Source: Actinomycetota bacterium
GTDB lineage: Bacteria > Actinomycetota > Coriobacteriia > Anaerosomatales > UBA912
Reading direction: 5' to 3'
Length of the DNA stretch: 64,000 nucleotides
Assembly: GCA_023488435.1 (NCBI GenBank)
Contig: JAMDCK010000019.1
Location: 50,967-114,966 of the forward strand
Shown: positions 20,001-29,110 of the stretch, piece by piece
Layout of the letters: each line of letters begins with the position of its first letter
Position numbering within the stretch: position 1 is the stretch's first letter
Notes under the pieces: generated by a model
The model's input: only the letters and a program-made list of their open reading frames with translations
What the model was told of the DNA's origin: nothing
Database searches by the model: none
Made by a program: the position numbers and the translations under genes

Positions 20001-20746
20001 CGGGGGCCACCCTTCTCTGCCGCTTTGCGCTCGTTCTCCTCGGCATCGGATGCGCGCGTGTACACCGGCAGCAGCGCGGCGACATCGCCCGAACCCTGCG
20101 ATCCCGTCGCCCACGCAGCGCCGAAAGCTGCGAGCAGCGCCTCGCCGCTCGGGCTCCAAAGCGCCTCCTCGGCCAGCGAGAACGCCGTGTGCTCCGTGGC
20201 TCCGAACAGCTCGCGGTACTTGTGCAGCGCGTTGCCGGTCAGCAGACACGGCTCGCCGAGCGCTGCCCAGCGCTCTACCACCTCGGCGGGTCGGGCCACG
20301 GAATCCTCCTCGAGGCGCACCACTCCCTGCGCAGAGACGCGGAAGAGTGCCGGATACACCTCGGAGCGCATCGCATCGCCGAGGACGCCTACGAGCATCG
20401 GAGCTTGGGCGAGTGGCTGCACTCTCCACGCGATGGCGTCGAGCGTGCCCACGCCGAAGAGCGGAACGCCAAGCCCATGTGCGAGCCCTTTGGCGATCGA
20501 GACGCCGATGCGTACACCGGTGAACGACCCCGGCCCGCGACCCACGACCACCATGTCGATTTCGGCAGGCTCGATGCCCGCAGCCGCTAGGAGCTCGGAG
20601 ACCCGAGGCAGGGTCTGCGCAAGGGCAGCCCGGGGGGCGTAGATGTCACCGACGCCAAGCACCTGGACCTGGCCGTCTTCCAGCGCTCCCAAACCGATCG
20701 CCACGACCTCGGTCGATGTGTCGATCGCGATGATATTGCGGCTCAT
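19997..20746 (-). CDS. tsaB: tRNA t6A biosynthesis protein TsaB
   Basis: MSRNIIAIDTSTEVVAIGLG, VVGRGPGSFTGVRIG. The ATG at 20746 overlaps the tsaE stop (ATGA). Confidence 0.9.
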   Translation of the reverse strand: MSRNIIAIDTSTEVVAIGLGALEDGQVQVLGVGDIYAPRAALAQTLPRVSELLAAAGIEPAEIDMVVVGRGPGSFTGVRIGVSIAKGLAHGLGVPLFGVGTLDAIAWRVQPLAQAPMLVGVLGDAMRSEVYPALFRVSAQGVVRLEEDSVARPAEVVERWAALGEPCLLTGNALHKYRELFGATEHTAFSLAEEALWSPSGEALLAAFGAAWATGSQGSGDVAALLPVYTRASDAEENERKAAEKGGPR

Positions 20747-21252
20747 CGGCGAACCTCCACGCCTGCAAGCGCATCGCAAGCAGCAAGCCAGCTGCTTGCG
20801 AGCCGGGCATATCGCGCACCGTGCGCCTGGAACGCGAGCGCACGCTTGGCTTCGTCGACGATCTCAATGCGGATCGCTAGGTGCTCAGGCGGGATCGCCT
20901 CCGGGAATCGGTCTCCCCACTCGACGACGGCCACACCGCCCGCCTCCAGCACCTCGAAGTACCCGGTGTCCTCGAGCTCATCGGCGCGCTCAAGGCGATA
21001 CAGGTCGACATGGTAGAGCGTCGAGGCGCCCTCATGCACGCGGATTATGCCGAAGGTCGGGCTCGTGATCGGACCTTCGACCTGCAGCCCAGCCGCTATC
21101 CCCTTCGCAAGCTGGGTCTTGCCTGCCCCAAGGTCACCTGTAAGCAGCAGTACGTCGCCGGGGCCCAGCAGGTGACCGAGGGCCTGTCCCGTGGCGTGCG
21201 TCGCCTCACTCGCCGAAGTGATGATCGTCCCTTGTGTGCGCCCGTCATCCAT
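20743..21252 (-). CDS. tsaE: tRNA t6A biosynthesis ATPase TsaE
   Basis: LLLTGDLGAGKTQLAKGIA, SPTFGIIRVH, HVDLYRL. Confidence 0.9.
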   Translation of the reverse strand: MDDGRTQGTIITSASEATHATGQALGHLLGPGDVLLLTGDLGAGKTQLAKGIAAGLQVEGPITSPTFGIIRVHEGASTLYHVDLYRLERADELEDTGYFEVLEAGGVAVVEWGDRFPEAIPPEHLAIRIEIVDEAKRALAFQAHGARYARLASSWLAACDALAGVEVRR

Positions 21253-21845
21253 CAGTGGGCCTCTTCGGCGGGCAGCCCGCTGCTATCACACGACAGCGCA
21301 GCGATCGCGCGGAAATCCTCGAACAGCACCTCACGTTTCGATCTGTCGTAGATCACTGCTGCTGGGTGGAAGACAGGAAAGACGGTCGCCTCTCCCAAGA
21401 CCATAGGCTTACCTCGCAGCTCGGTGATGCCCGCTTGAGTCCCCAGGATGAACCTAGTCGCATGGTTGCCCAGGGTCACCAGCACCCTGGGGTGAACCAG
21501 CCGCACCTGCTCGCGCAGGAAACCGGCGCAAAGTTCCACCTCGGCAGGCAGCGGATCGCGGTTGCCGGGTGGTCTGCACTTCAGGATGTTGGCGATGTAG
21601 ACCTGTCTTCGGTCGAGGTCCACCGATGCGAGCAACTCATCTAGAAGCTTGCCAGCGGCGCCGACGAAAGGTTCGCCGGAGAGATCCTCGGCGCGTCCGG
21701 GTGCTTCACCCACGAACATGATATCAGCGGCAGTATCCCCTGCCCCGAAGACGAGTTCGACGCGAGTCTCACCCAACGCGCACCTTCGGCAATCGCCGAT
21801 ATAGCGCCGAAGTGACTCTAGCGTCTCGAAGGAAGCCTCGGTCAT
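21252..21845 (-). CDS. Uracil-DNA glycosylase, family 4 (Fe-S type)
   Basis: CRRCALGETR, MFVGEAPGRAEDLSGEPFVGAAGKLL, HPAAV. The stop shares 1 nt with the tsaE ATG. Confidence 0.85.
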   Translation of the reverse strand: MTEASFETLESLRRYIGDCRRCALGETRVELVFGAGDTAADIMFVGEAPGRAEDLSGEPFVGAAGKLLDELLASVDLDRRQVYIANILKCRPPGNRDPLPAEVELCAGFLREQVRLVHPRVLVTLGNHATRFILGTQAGITELRGKPMVLGEATVFPVFHPAAVIYDRSKREVLFEDFRAIAALSCDSSGLPAEEAH

Positions 21846-21846
21846 C

Positions 21847-22362
21847 TCAGAGCCATGTCGTCAATTCGTCGAGCGGCCTTCTGGGCGATCTGCCCGAGGA
21901 CTCCGCAGAGTACCCGATAGGCAGAATCGCAACCGGGGTCACCGGTGCCACGATACCGACAGCTTCGCGCACCGCATCCTCGTCGAAAGCACCTATCCAG
22001 CAAGACGCCAGCCCTCGGTCGACAGCAGCCAACAGGATGTTCTGCACCGCGGCAGCGCTATCCTGGATGGCGTAGAGCATCTCACCCCGCGCACCGTAGC
22101 GGGCCGCGCACGGACGTGGATCCACCGAGACTATGATTATCCGTGGAGCCGCCGTGGCCCAGCGTTGCCGAAGCGCACCCTGCAACCGCTCCTTCGCCTC
22201 GATGCTGCTTACGACCGTGAAGCGCCAGGGCTGAATGTTACCCGCCGAAGGGGCCACCGTCGCAGCGGACAACAGGGCAACGATATCCTCGTCAGTCACA
22301 GTGCGTTTCGAATCGAAATGACGCACGCTCCTGCGCTTCAGGACAACATCGCTAAACTCCAT
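21847..22362 (-). CDS. Nitroreductase-family flavoprotein
   Basis: MEFSDVVLKRRSVRHF...APSAGNIQPWRF. The ATG at 22362 is preceded by GAGAGGAAA. The track start at 22428 is probably over-extended. Confidence 0.8.
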   Translation of the reverse strand: MEFSDVVLKRRSVRHFDSKRTVTDEDIVALLSAATVAPSAGNIQPWRFTVVSSIEAKERLQGALRQRWATAAPRIIIVSVDPRPCAARYGARGEMLYAIQDSAAAVQNILLAAVDRGLASCWIGAFDEDAVREAVGIVAPVTPVAILPIGYSAESSGRSPRRPLDELTTWL

Positions 22363-22421
22363 GGATTTCCTCTCGCCAAAACGTTTGAACATCACGCCTA
22401 TATTAGACCAGCAGTGTTCAG

Positions 22422-22835
22422 TTGGCATATCGTAAAGGAATTACGCCGACGTCGGCGAAAATCAAGATAAACGCATTGGAGGTGGGACTGGTGGTATTGG
22501 ATCGACGCAACGTTTCCAGTGAAGACATCGGCATTCGCGCATTCCAGATTCGCAAGGCCAAAGCGGTCGAACGGGCGATGGATCGATTGCGTCATGCGCT
22601 GAAGGCCAACTGGGCGCAAGTCTCAAGCCCTGAAATCGAGGAAATCGAGTGGGTGCTCGGCGAAGTATGGGCCTACGTGGCTCGCGATGAGTGGGACAAG
22701 ATGCGATTCGGTCACCTGACGATGGCCGACCTCTATCGAATCCTTTCCTTAGGACGCCAGCTAAGACAGCATTCACGTGGTAGCGTGGAAATCCTGACGG
22801 AGGTCGCAGAGACCATCACGGAAAGAAGCTCATAA
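22422..22835 (+). CDS. Hypothetical protein (start uncertain; alternative starts GTG 22491 and ATG 22578)
   Basis: This is the only plus-strand ORF between two long minus-strand operons. The composition is balanced and helical, whereas the overlapping minus-strand ORF is R/P-rich junk. I recognise no family. Confidence 0.4.
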   Translation: MAYRKGITPTSAKIKINALEVGLVVLDRRNVSSEDIGIRAFQIRKAKAVERAMDRLRHALKANWAQVSSPEIEEIEWVLGEVWAYVARDEWDKMRFGHLTMADLYRILSLGRQLRQHSRGSVEILTEVAETITERSS

Positions 22836-22884
22836 CCACAGCGAAGTCCAAAGCCTCCTCTGCAAGATTGTCGCAGGTCCGCCC

Positions 22885-23529
22885 CTAACGAGTCTGCGCC
22901 TTCTTGCTCTCGATCTTCTTCTTGACCTTCTTCAGTCTGAACAGATCCTCTCGAGCGCGCTCATCGAGTATCTGCCTGATGTATGTGACCTGCCCTCTGA
23001 GCTGCGGAACGGTTATCTGCTCCAAGGCATTGACTCGTCGGTTCGTCTTCTGGATCTCATCGCCAAGGCGCTTGAGTCGGGTTTCGATGTCAGCGTACTC
23101 GATGATCACGTCTAGGATCCGCTCGAACTTGTGGGCCGTTTCATCGACCCTGCTCGAGACGCCCGTCACCGCGTAGCCACGGGTGAACGATGTTCGTATT
23201 GGACTCTCTCCTTTAGTCACCACCGGAACGGGAACACCCATGATCTTCGTTCCCGACATCTCGACGGTGACTTCACCCTTTGTGGCCATACCAGCCGAGC
23301 GCAACGCCACGGTTCCATCGACAGCCTCTGCAACCGCCAGTGAGTACTGCGCTTCGGAGACAGCACGCTGAAGCAACTCCGAAAGGCGCAAGGTCTCATC
23401 CATCACGCCCATGAACTCGATAAGCAGTGCATCTCTCTTCTGTTTGAGCAGGTCCATGCCTTGCTCCGCAAGCTTGATCTGCTCGCGACGCTCCAGCAAC
23501 TCTGTACGAGTCGGCCTTACTTCTTCCAC
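22885..23529 (-). CDS. atpD: V/A-type ATP synthase subunit D
   Basis: 214-aa coiled-coil protein (RPTRTELLERREQIKLAEQGMDLLKQKRDAL). It is the last gene of the operon, after B. Confidence 0.9.
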   Translation of the reverse strand: MEEVRPTRTELLERREQIKLAEQGMDLLKQKRDALLIEFMGVMDETLRLSELLQRAVSEAQYSLAVAEAVDGTVALRSAGMATKGEVTVEMSGTKIMGVPVPVVTKGESPIRTSFTRGYAVTGVSSRVDETAHKFERILDVIIEYADIETRLKRLGDEIQKTNRRVNALEQITVPQLRGQVTYIRQILDERAREDLFRLKKVKKKIESKKAQTR

Positions 23530-23541
23530 TCATGCACCTCT

Positions 23542-24972
23542 CTAAAGATCGCCCTCAGGCTCAGGGTTCGGGTGATACTTGGCTACAAAGTCACGTACCC
23601 TCTTCAGTTCGCTGATTGGCAGCCCGCTCATCAAGTCCCAGCTGATGTCCAGAGTCTCCTCAATCGACCGACCTTCTTCACCTTGACCAACGATTCTGGT
23701 TTCGAAGTCATCTGCGAACCTTAGATAACGCCGATCAGTATCAGCTAGGGCTTCCTCGCCGACGATAGCAACCAGTTTGCGCAAATCACGTCCCTGCGCA
23801 TAGGCCGCATAGAGCTGGTTGGCAACAGCCCTGTGATCTTCCCTAGTCTTTCCATCACCGATACCCAGGTTCATCAGTCGAGAAAGACATGGCAGGGCAT
23901 CGATGGGCGGAAAGATACCGCGCCGATGCAGGGAGCGGGAAAGTACAATCTGCCCCTCGGTGATATATCCCGTTAGGTCTGGAATAGGGTGCGTGATGTC
24001 ATCGTCTGGCATCGACAGGATAGGCAGCTGCGTCACTGAGCCCTTCTTGCCCTTGATTCGACCGGCGCGCTCGTAAATCATCGCTAGGTCGGTGTACATG
24101 TAACCCGGGAATCCTCGTCGACCAGGAACCTCTTCACGAGCGGTGGAGACTTCGCGCAGGGCCTCGCAGTAGTTGGTCATGTCAGACAATACGACAAGCA
24201 CCTGCATGTCCTTTTCGAACGCAAGGTACTCGGCCACGGTGAGTGCGCACTTCGGAGTGAGGAGACGCTCAACTGTCGGGTCATCGGCGAGGTTCTGGAA
24301 GAACACCACGCGCTCCAGTGCGCCGGTCTTCTCGAACTGCGACATGAAGTAGCTAGCTTCACGGTGAGTGATACCCATCGCGCCGAAGACGATGGCGAAC
24401 TCTTCCCCGCTCTTGACCTTTGCCTGCCTGATAACCTGGGCGGCCAACTCGTTTGCCGGCAGTCCTGAGCCAGAGAAGATTGGAAGTTTCTGTCCGCGGA
24501 CCAGCGTGTTCAAACCGTCGATCGCACTGATCCCGGTCTCGATGAAGTCAGCCGGCTTCTCCCGTGAATAGGGATTGATAGGAGCTCCAGTGATGTCCAA
24601 GCGCGCCTCTGGGATGATTGGTGCTCCACCATCTATCGGAACACCCGTCCCGTTCAGCACCCTGCCGAGAAGATCGGGGGAGACATCGATCTTTGCGACT
24701 TCTTCAAGAAAGCGGATCTCGGTGGCGCTCACATCCACGCCTTGGGTGCCTTCGAAGACTTGAATGACTGCTATGTCCCCCGATATCTCAAGCACTTGGC
24801 CGGTCCGACGAGAATCATCAGGCATCTTGATGGAAACCATCTCATTGTAAGCAACGTTTTGCACGCTGTTCACGAACAACAGCGGTCCCGTGACGTACGA
24901 GATGGTTCGGTAGTCAGTTGAGACCAACGATAGTTTGGTCTCAACCTCTTGCGTTGCGGTCTCGGTCCCCAA
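23542..24972 (-). CDS. atpB: V/A-type ATP synthase subunit B (non-catalytic)
   Basis: [15 protein letters not shown]..., [38 protein letters not shown]. The start is uncertain (TTG at 24972 or 24927). The track start at 25050 overlaps subunit A. Confidence 0.93.
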   Translation of the reverse strand: MGTETATQEVETKLSLVSTDYRTISYVTGPLLFVNSVQNVAYNEMVSIKMPDDSRRTGQVLEISGDIAVIQVFEGTQGVDVSATEIRFLEEVAKIDVSPDLLGRVLNGTGVPIDGGAPIIPEARLDITGAPINPYSREKPADFIETGISAIDGLNTLVRGQKLPIFSGSGLPANELAAQVIRQAKVKSGEEFAIVFGAMGITHREASYFMSQFEKTGALERVVFFQNLADDPTVERLLTPKCALTVAEYLAFEKDMQVLVVLSDMTNYCEALREVSTAREEVPGRRGFPGYMYTDLAMIYERAGRIKGKKGSVTQLPILSMPDDDITHPIPDLTGYITEGQIVLSRSLHRRGIFPPIDALPCLSRLMNLGIGDGKTREDHRAVANQLYAAYAQGRDLRKLVAIVGEEALADTDRRYLRFADDFETRIVGQGEEGRSIEETLDISWDLMSGLPISELKRVRDFVAKYHPNPEPEGDL

Positions 24973-24973
24973 T

Positions 24974-26725
24974 TCAGTACACCTCGATTCCGGCGATTTC
25001 TTCGGCCAACTGTTCCGCATAACCCGGTAGGCTCTGGATGGCCTCCTCATGAGGGGTGGTCTTCATCCCGGCTATTCGATCGCGGATGGGAGTCTCCAGA
25101 AGCTGCCTTAGCGACACTCCTCTGTTTAGCGCTGCAACGGCAGAATCGTAGAAAGCCAAGATCACCTTCAGCATCACGTACGCCTTTTTAGGCGGACAGT
25201 ATGCATCGATATCATCGAAAGCGAACTGCTGAAGAAAATCCTCACGCAGCATTCTGGCTACTTCGAGGATGACTTTCTCCGATTCCGGCAATGCATCCGG
25301 GCCGACAAGCTGTACGATCTCTTGCAGCTCGGTCTCCTTCTGAAGTATGAACATCGCGCGATCGCGTAAGTCCTGCCAATCCGGCGCAACATTCTCCTCA
25401 TACCAGCCGCGGATCTGACTGCCGTAAAGGGTGTATGACTTCGTCCACGATATAGCCGGGAAGTGCCTTCTATGCGCCAGTGAGGTGTCCAAGGCCCAGA
25501 ACGCTCCAGTAACCCTTAGAGAGTTCTGTGTCATTGGCTCAGACATATCTCCACCTGCTGGGGATACCGCTCCCACCATCGTGACTGAGCCTATGCGCTC
25601 ATCAGACCCAAGGGTCTGGACTCTTCCCGAGCGCTCATAGAATGAAGCGAGTCTTGTGGCAAGGTAGGCAGGGTATCCTTCCTCCCCGGGCATCTCCTCG
25701 AGACGTCCCGAGACTTCTCGAAGTGCCTCGCCCCACCTTGAGGTCGAGTCTGCCATCATGGCCACGTTGTATCCCATATCGCGATAGTACTCCGAGAGAG
25801 TGGCACCGACATAGATGGACGCCTCGCGGGCCGCAACCGGCATGTTAGATGTGTTGGCCACAAGCACGGTGCGTTCCATCAACGGTGCACCGGTTCCCGG
25901 GTCTTCAAGCTCGGGAAACTCTACGAGGACTTCTGTCATCTCGTTTCCTCGCTCACCGCATCCAACATAGATGATGATGTCGACTTCCGCCCACTTGGCA
26001 AGAGATTGCTGGGTGACCGTCTTTCCAGTACCGAACCCTCCTGGGATGATCGCGTTCCCTCCCAGTGCGACCGGAAAGAACGTATCCAATATCCGCATAC
26101 CCGTCGTGAATGGATGGGTTGGGTCGAGCTTACGAACGTATGGGCGCCCTTGGCGAACGGGCCACCACTGACTCATCTTGATCTCGAAGCCATCCTCAAG
26201 CTTCGCCATGACTTGGTCTACCGTATACGAACCTTTCTCGGCAACTGTGGCCACCTTTCCAGAGACTCCCGGCGGAATCATGACCTTATGCGTTATAGTC
26301 TCGCCCTCGGGAATCGTGCCTACCACATCCCCAGGTCCTACCGACTGTCCGGGCTGCATCACAGGCGTGAAGTCCCACAGACGCTCGTGGTCGAGGGCTG
26401 CAGCCACGGTTCCGCGCTCAATGAACTCGCCCGATTGCTCGGCGATCAGCGGCAAAGGTCGCTGTACTCCATCGTAGATGGAGGTCAGGAGCCCAGGACC
26501 CAACTCGATCATCAATGGTCCTGCCGTGGACTCCGTGATATCCCCGACCGTCAACCCTGAAGTGTCCTCGTATACCTGAATGGTCGCCAAATCCCCCTCT
26601 AGACGGATTATCTCGCCCATCAGCCCTTCTCGACCGACCCGGACTATGTCATACATCCGCGCGCCACGCATGTCTTGCGCAACGACCACCGGTCCTGTGA
26701 TCTTCGATATCTTTCCGACTATCAT
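24974..26725 (-). CDS. atpA: V/A-type ATP synthase catalytic subunit A
   Basis: Walker [40 protein letters not shown]. 583 aa. Confidence 0.97.
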   Translation of the reverse strand: MIVGKISKITGPVVVAQDMRGARMYDIVRVGREGLMGEIIRLEGDLATIQVYEDTSGLTVGDITESTAGPLMIELGPGLLTSIYDGVQRPLPLIAEQSGEFIERGTVAAALDHERLWDFTPVMQPGQSVGPGDVVGTIPEGETITHKVMIPPGVSGKVATVAEKGSYTVDQVMAKLEDGFEIKMSQWWPVRQGRPYVRKLDPTHPFTTGMRILDTFFPVALGGNAIIPGGFGTGKTVTQQSLAKWAEVDIIIYVGCGERGNEMTEVLVEFPELEDPGTGAPLMERTVLVANTSNMPVAAREASIYVGATLSEYYRDMGYNVAMMADSTSRWGEALREVSGRLEEMPGEEGYPAYLATRLASFYERSGRVQTLGSDERIGSVTMVGAVSPAGGDMSEPMTQNSLRVTGAFWALDTSLAHRRHFPAISWTKSYTLYGSQIRGWYEENVAPDWQDLRDRAMFILQKETELQEIVQLVGPDALPESEKVILEVARMLREDFLQQFAFDDIDAYCPPKKAYVMLKVILAFYDSAVAALNRGVSLRQLLETPIRDRIAGMKTTPHEEAIQSLPGYAEQLAEEIAGIEVY

Positions 26726-27057
26726 CAGCCTCGCCTCAAAGTTATGTCGAATCCAATAGCTCTACGTATCAGTCTCGCAAGGTACGCTCTGTGGTCATCT
26801 CCAACTTCGAGCTTCTCTTTAATAGGCAGCGATATCACAATCGGACGATAGATGGAGTCGATTCGACGTTGTGTTCGCTCGTCTATCCCCGCCATAAGGC
26901 GCTCGTTCACGGCTATGATTCCGCTGTCCTCGTCGTCAATCAGGCTGTTTAGATGGACGCGGGTCATCTCTGCCGAATCGACTACCACCGTGTCGACGCC
27001 AGAGAGCCTGAACCCGTCTGCTGTGCTCGTATCGGTGAGCACTGTTAGCTTATACAA
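26725..27057 (-). CDS. atpF: V/A-type ATP synthase subunit F
   Basis: 110 aa. [22 protein letters not shown]. Its position between C and A is typical. Confidence 0.8.
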   Translation of the reverse strand: MYKLTVLTDTSTADGFRLSGVDTVVVDSAEMTRVHLNSLIDDEDSGIIAVNERLMAGIDERTQRRIDSIYRPIVISLPIKEKLEVGDDHRAYLARLIRRAIGFDITLRRG

Positions 27058-28147
27058 GTATCAGCTCCTTTCTGATCCGGTCGAGCGGCATGCCGACTTC
27101 CTTGCCTTTCACAATAATCCGAATATTGGTTACCTCGTTCTGCTTGGCCCACAGATAGGCTATTGCAACGCCTGCCCCCAGCGGGTCTCCTCGGCCTAGC
27201 TTCACGACGCGTCGAACAAACGCTTGCTCCAGCGCTCTTTCGAATACGGAGATGCTGTTCTGTTCTAGGTATGCCATGACTACGTCATCGAGTATCCTGC
27301 CGTACGATATCTTTTTCAGCCTCTCTAACACCTCATCCACATCTGACTTGGCAGCTAGATCCATATACAGCGCACGATCCACCTCGATACCACCGGGCAG
27401 AAAATACGATTCCACGTCTTCGACATCGATGTCGGCCTGAAGGAGCCTCAGTGCCATCACAAGATTGGAGACGTCCATTTGAGCGCCGAGGACTGCTCGT
27501 CCGATTTGAATGTTCTTTCCCCGCTTATTCAGTCGCTGTGTCGCCCATGACGCATAGTACTGGTCGAGAGACAACTCCATGCCGAGGAGCTCTCCAGTCT
27601 GAACATAGCTGGCGAAACCGTCCCTGAGAGGGCTGGCGAACGGCAGGCCCCATGTAGCAACTGTGTCCACAAGCGCTTTCACGTCTTCAAGTCGCGCAAG
27701 TCCATCAATGTCATGAACGCTCAGTGTGCCAACCGGCAGTACTCCTGCGCCCAGACTCTCTGCCTCCAACCCGAGGTGCCTGGCCCTCAAAAGAGATTTG
27801 AGATTGAACACATCCCATCTGCCAAGCAAGGTCGAGACGATATGACCGGCCTCCGGGTTCAAGAAGCCGGTCACTTTGCCGTATGTCCGCACCATACTGT
27901 TTCGCAAGGCCCCATCGATGTTTGCGGCGCTGATGCCCTTTATCAACACTTCCTCAATGGAGGATGCGTACTCCGATTCCAACAGACTCTGAACCAGATC
28001 CTTGGTACTTGATGCCTCCAAAAGCTGCTCGAAGAAGGAGTGGTGCAGCATCCGCGAGCGCATTCCTCTTATCCGAGCATTTGCATATCCGTAGTCGCTG
28101 CCGCTGGATGGGCTGATGGATCGTACCGAAGCAGGGCTCTTGTTCAT
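27050..28147 (-). CDS. atpC: V/A-type ATP synthase subunit C (V0 d-like)
   Basis: 365-aa all-helical protein (YGYANARIRGMRSRML is a typical N-terminus). Overlaps both E and F. Confidence 0.85.
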   Translation of the reverse strand: MNKSPASVRSISPSSGSDYGYANARIRGMRSRMLHHSFFEQLLEASSTKDLVQSLLESEYASSIEEVLIKGISAANIDGALRNSMVRTYGKVTGFLNPEAGHIVSTLLGRWDVFNLKSLLRARHLGLEAESLGAGVLPVGTLSVHDIDGLARLEDVKALVDTVATWGLPFASPLRDGFASYVQTGELLGMELSLDQYYASWATQRLNKRGKNIQIGRAVLGAQMDVSNLVMALRLLQADIDVEDVESYFLPGGIEVDRALYMDLAAKSDVDEVLERLKKISYGRILDDVVMAYLEQNSISVFERALEQAFVRRVVKLGRGDPLGAGVAIAYLWAKQNEVTNIRIIVKGKEVGMPLDRIRKELILV

Positions 28148-28722
28148 GAGAACAAGATCTCCGCTACATCAGATTTGATATAGGGGATTGCCTTTTCCAA
28201 ACGATCCTCGATTGTGTTCCGTCTGACAATCCGCCCATCGGCGTAACTGACCACCACTCCGCCCATAGTCGAAATCTCTGCACGGACCGACCCTTGAGCA
28301 CCGATATCCGCCAGTGTCTTGAGCGCAAGTTCCTCATCTGCTGGATCAACCAGGACTTCTGGGGGCTCGCTCATGTCAGTCACCGCTTCCTCCAGCAGCG
28401 CACGAAACAATTCCGGATACCCATCAGCCCGCCTTATTTCGGACAGTTTTTCTCGAGAGGAGCTAAAAACCCTGGTTACTATCTCCTCTTTGACTGACCC
28501 CATTCGCTTTTGCGCATCAAGCCTCACGACATTGACACGCCTAGCAGAGTCCTCCTGTCCTGATGTCTGCGCGCTCAATAAGCATCCGTTACGAATAGCT
28601 TCGGCCTCGTCAGCTGCATCAGCCGCAATCGAACTGGCTTGCACACGCGCAGCTTCAAGAAGCGCAGCACACTCATCTTCGGCCTGCTCGTCCAGTGCGC
28701 GGAAGATATCCTCAAGGGCCAT
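28144..28722 (-). CDS. atpE: V/A-type ATP synthase subunit E (peripheral stalk)
   Basis: 192 aa with an N-terminal long helix and a C-terminal globular domain (GGVVVSYADGRIVRRNTIEDRL). Confidence 0.85.
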   Translation of the reverse strand: MALEDIFRALDEQAEDECAALLEAARVQASSIAADAADEAEAIRNGCLLSAQTSGQEDSARRVNVVRLDAQKRMGSVKEEIVTRVFSSSREKLSEIRRADGYPELFRALLEEAVTDMSEPPEVLVDPADEELALKTLADIGAQGSVRAEISTMGGVVVSYADGRIVRRNTIEDRLEKAIPYIKSDVAEILFS

Positions 28723-28771
28723 GTACGATAACCTCGATCCTTCGAATGTAGGAGCCGACTATCCCCTCGGA

Positions 28772-29110
28772 CTACCTTGATGGAGGCGGTGTGACAGGCA
28801 TACCGATTATCATGATCGCCGCGACAAACCCGAGGAGCACGATGACCTCCGGGAGAGCCTGCAGGACTACGACCCATACGGCCGCTTCGGGCCTCTCGGC
28901 GAGCGTACCTGCGGCAGCCGTACCAATCTTTGCCTGAGCGTATCCTGCGGCCATCGCAGAGAAGCTCATTGCAACGGCGGCGGCAATCGCCTTCGCGATA
29001 TAAGCAGATGCCTCGCCGCCCGGATCGACGGCGTAAGCCATCGCCGGGAACGCCATCGCCAAAAGAAACGCTGTGCCTGCAATTGTCTTCCCCAGTCGAT
29101 TCTTGATCAT
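28772..29110 (-). CDS. atpK: V/A-type ATP synthase proteolipid subunit K/L (c-ring)
   Basis: 112 aa. A signal-like N-terminal helix precedes one hairpin with a GxGxGxG-like helix (AAGYAQAKIGTAAAG) and the carboxylate helix LQALPEVIVLLGFVAAIM. Confidence 0.85.
   Translation of the reverse strand: MIKNRLGKTIAGTAFLLAMAFPAMAYAVDPGGEASAYIAKAIAAAVAMSFSAMAAGYAQAKIGTAAAGTLAERPEAAVWVVVLQALPEVIVLLGFVAAIMIIGMPVTPPPSR

Noticed and set aside
20001-20429. The N-terminal 143 codons of the track ORF 18444-20429
   Set aside because: This part is R/G/A-rich and lies entirely within the tsaB coding region in another frame. A GTG at 20000 overlapping the tsaB stop gives a normal RimI N-terminus.
19030-20642. 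A stack of overlapping plus- and minus-strand ORFs (192-280 aa) across tsaD, rimI and tsaB
   Set aside because: All are Arg/Ala/Pro/Ser-rich translations of alternative frames in the most GC-rich part of the window. The TsaD, RimI and TsaB frames explain the region completely.
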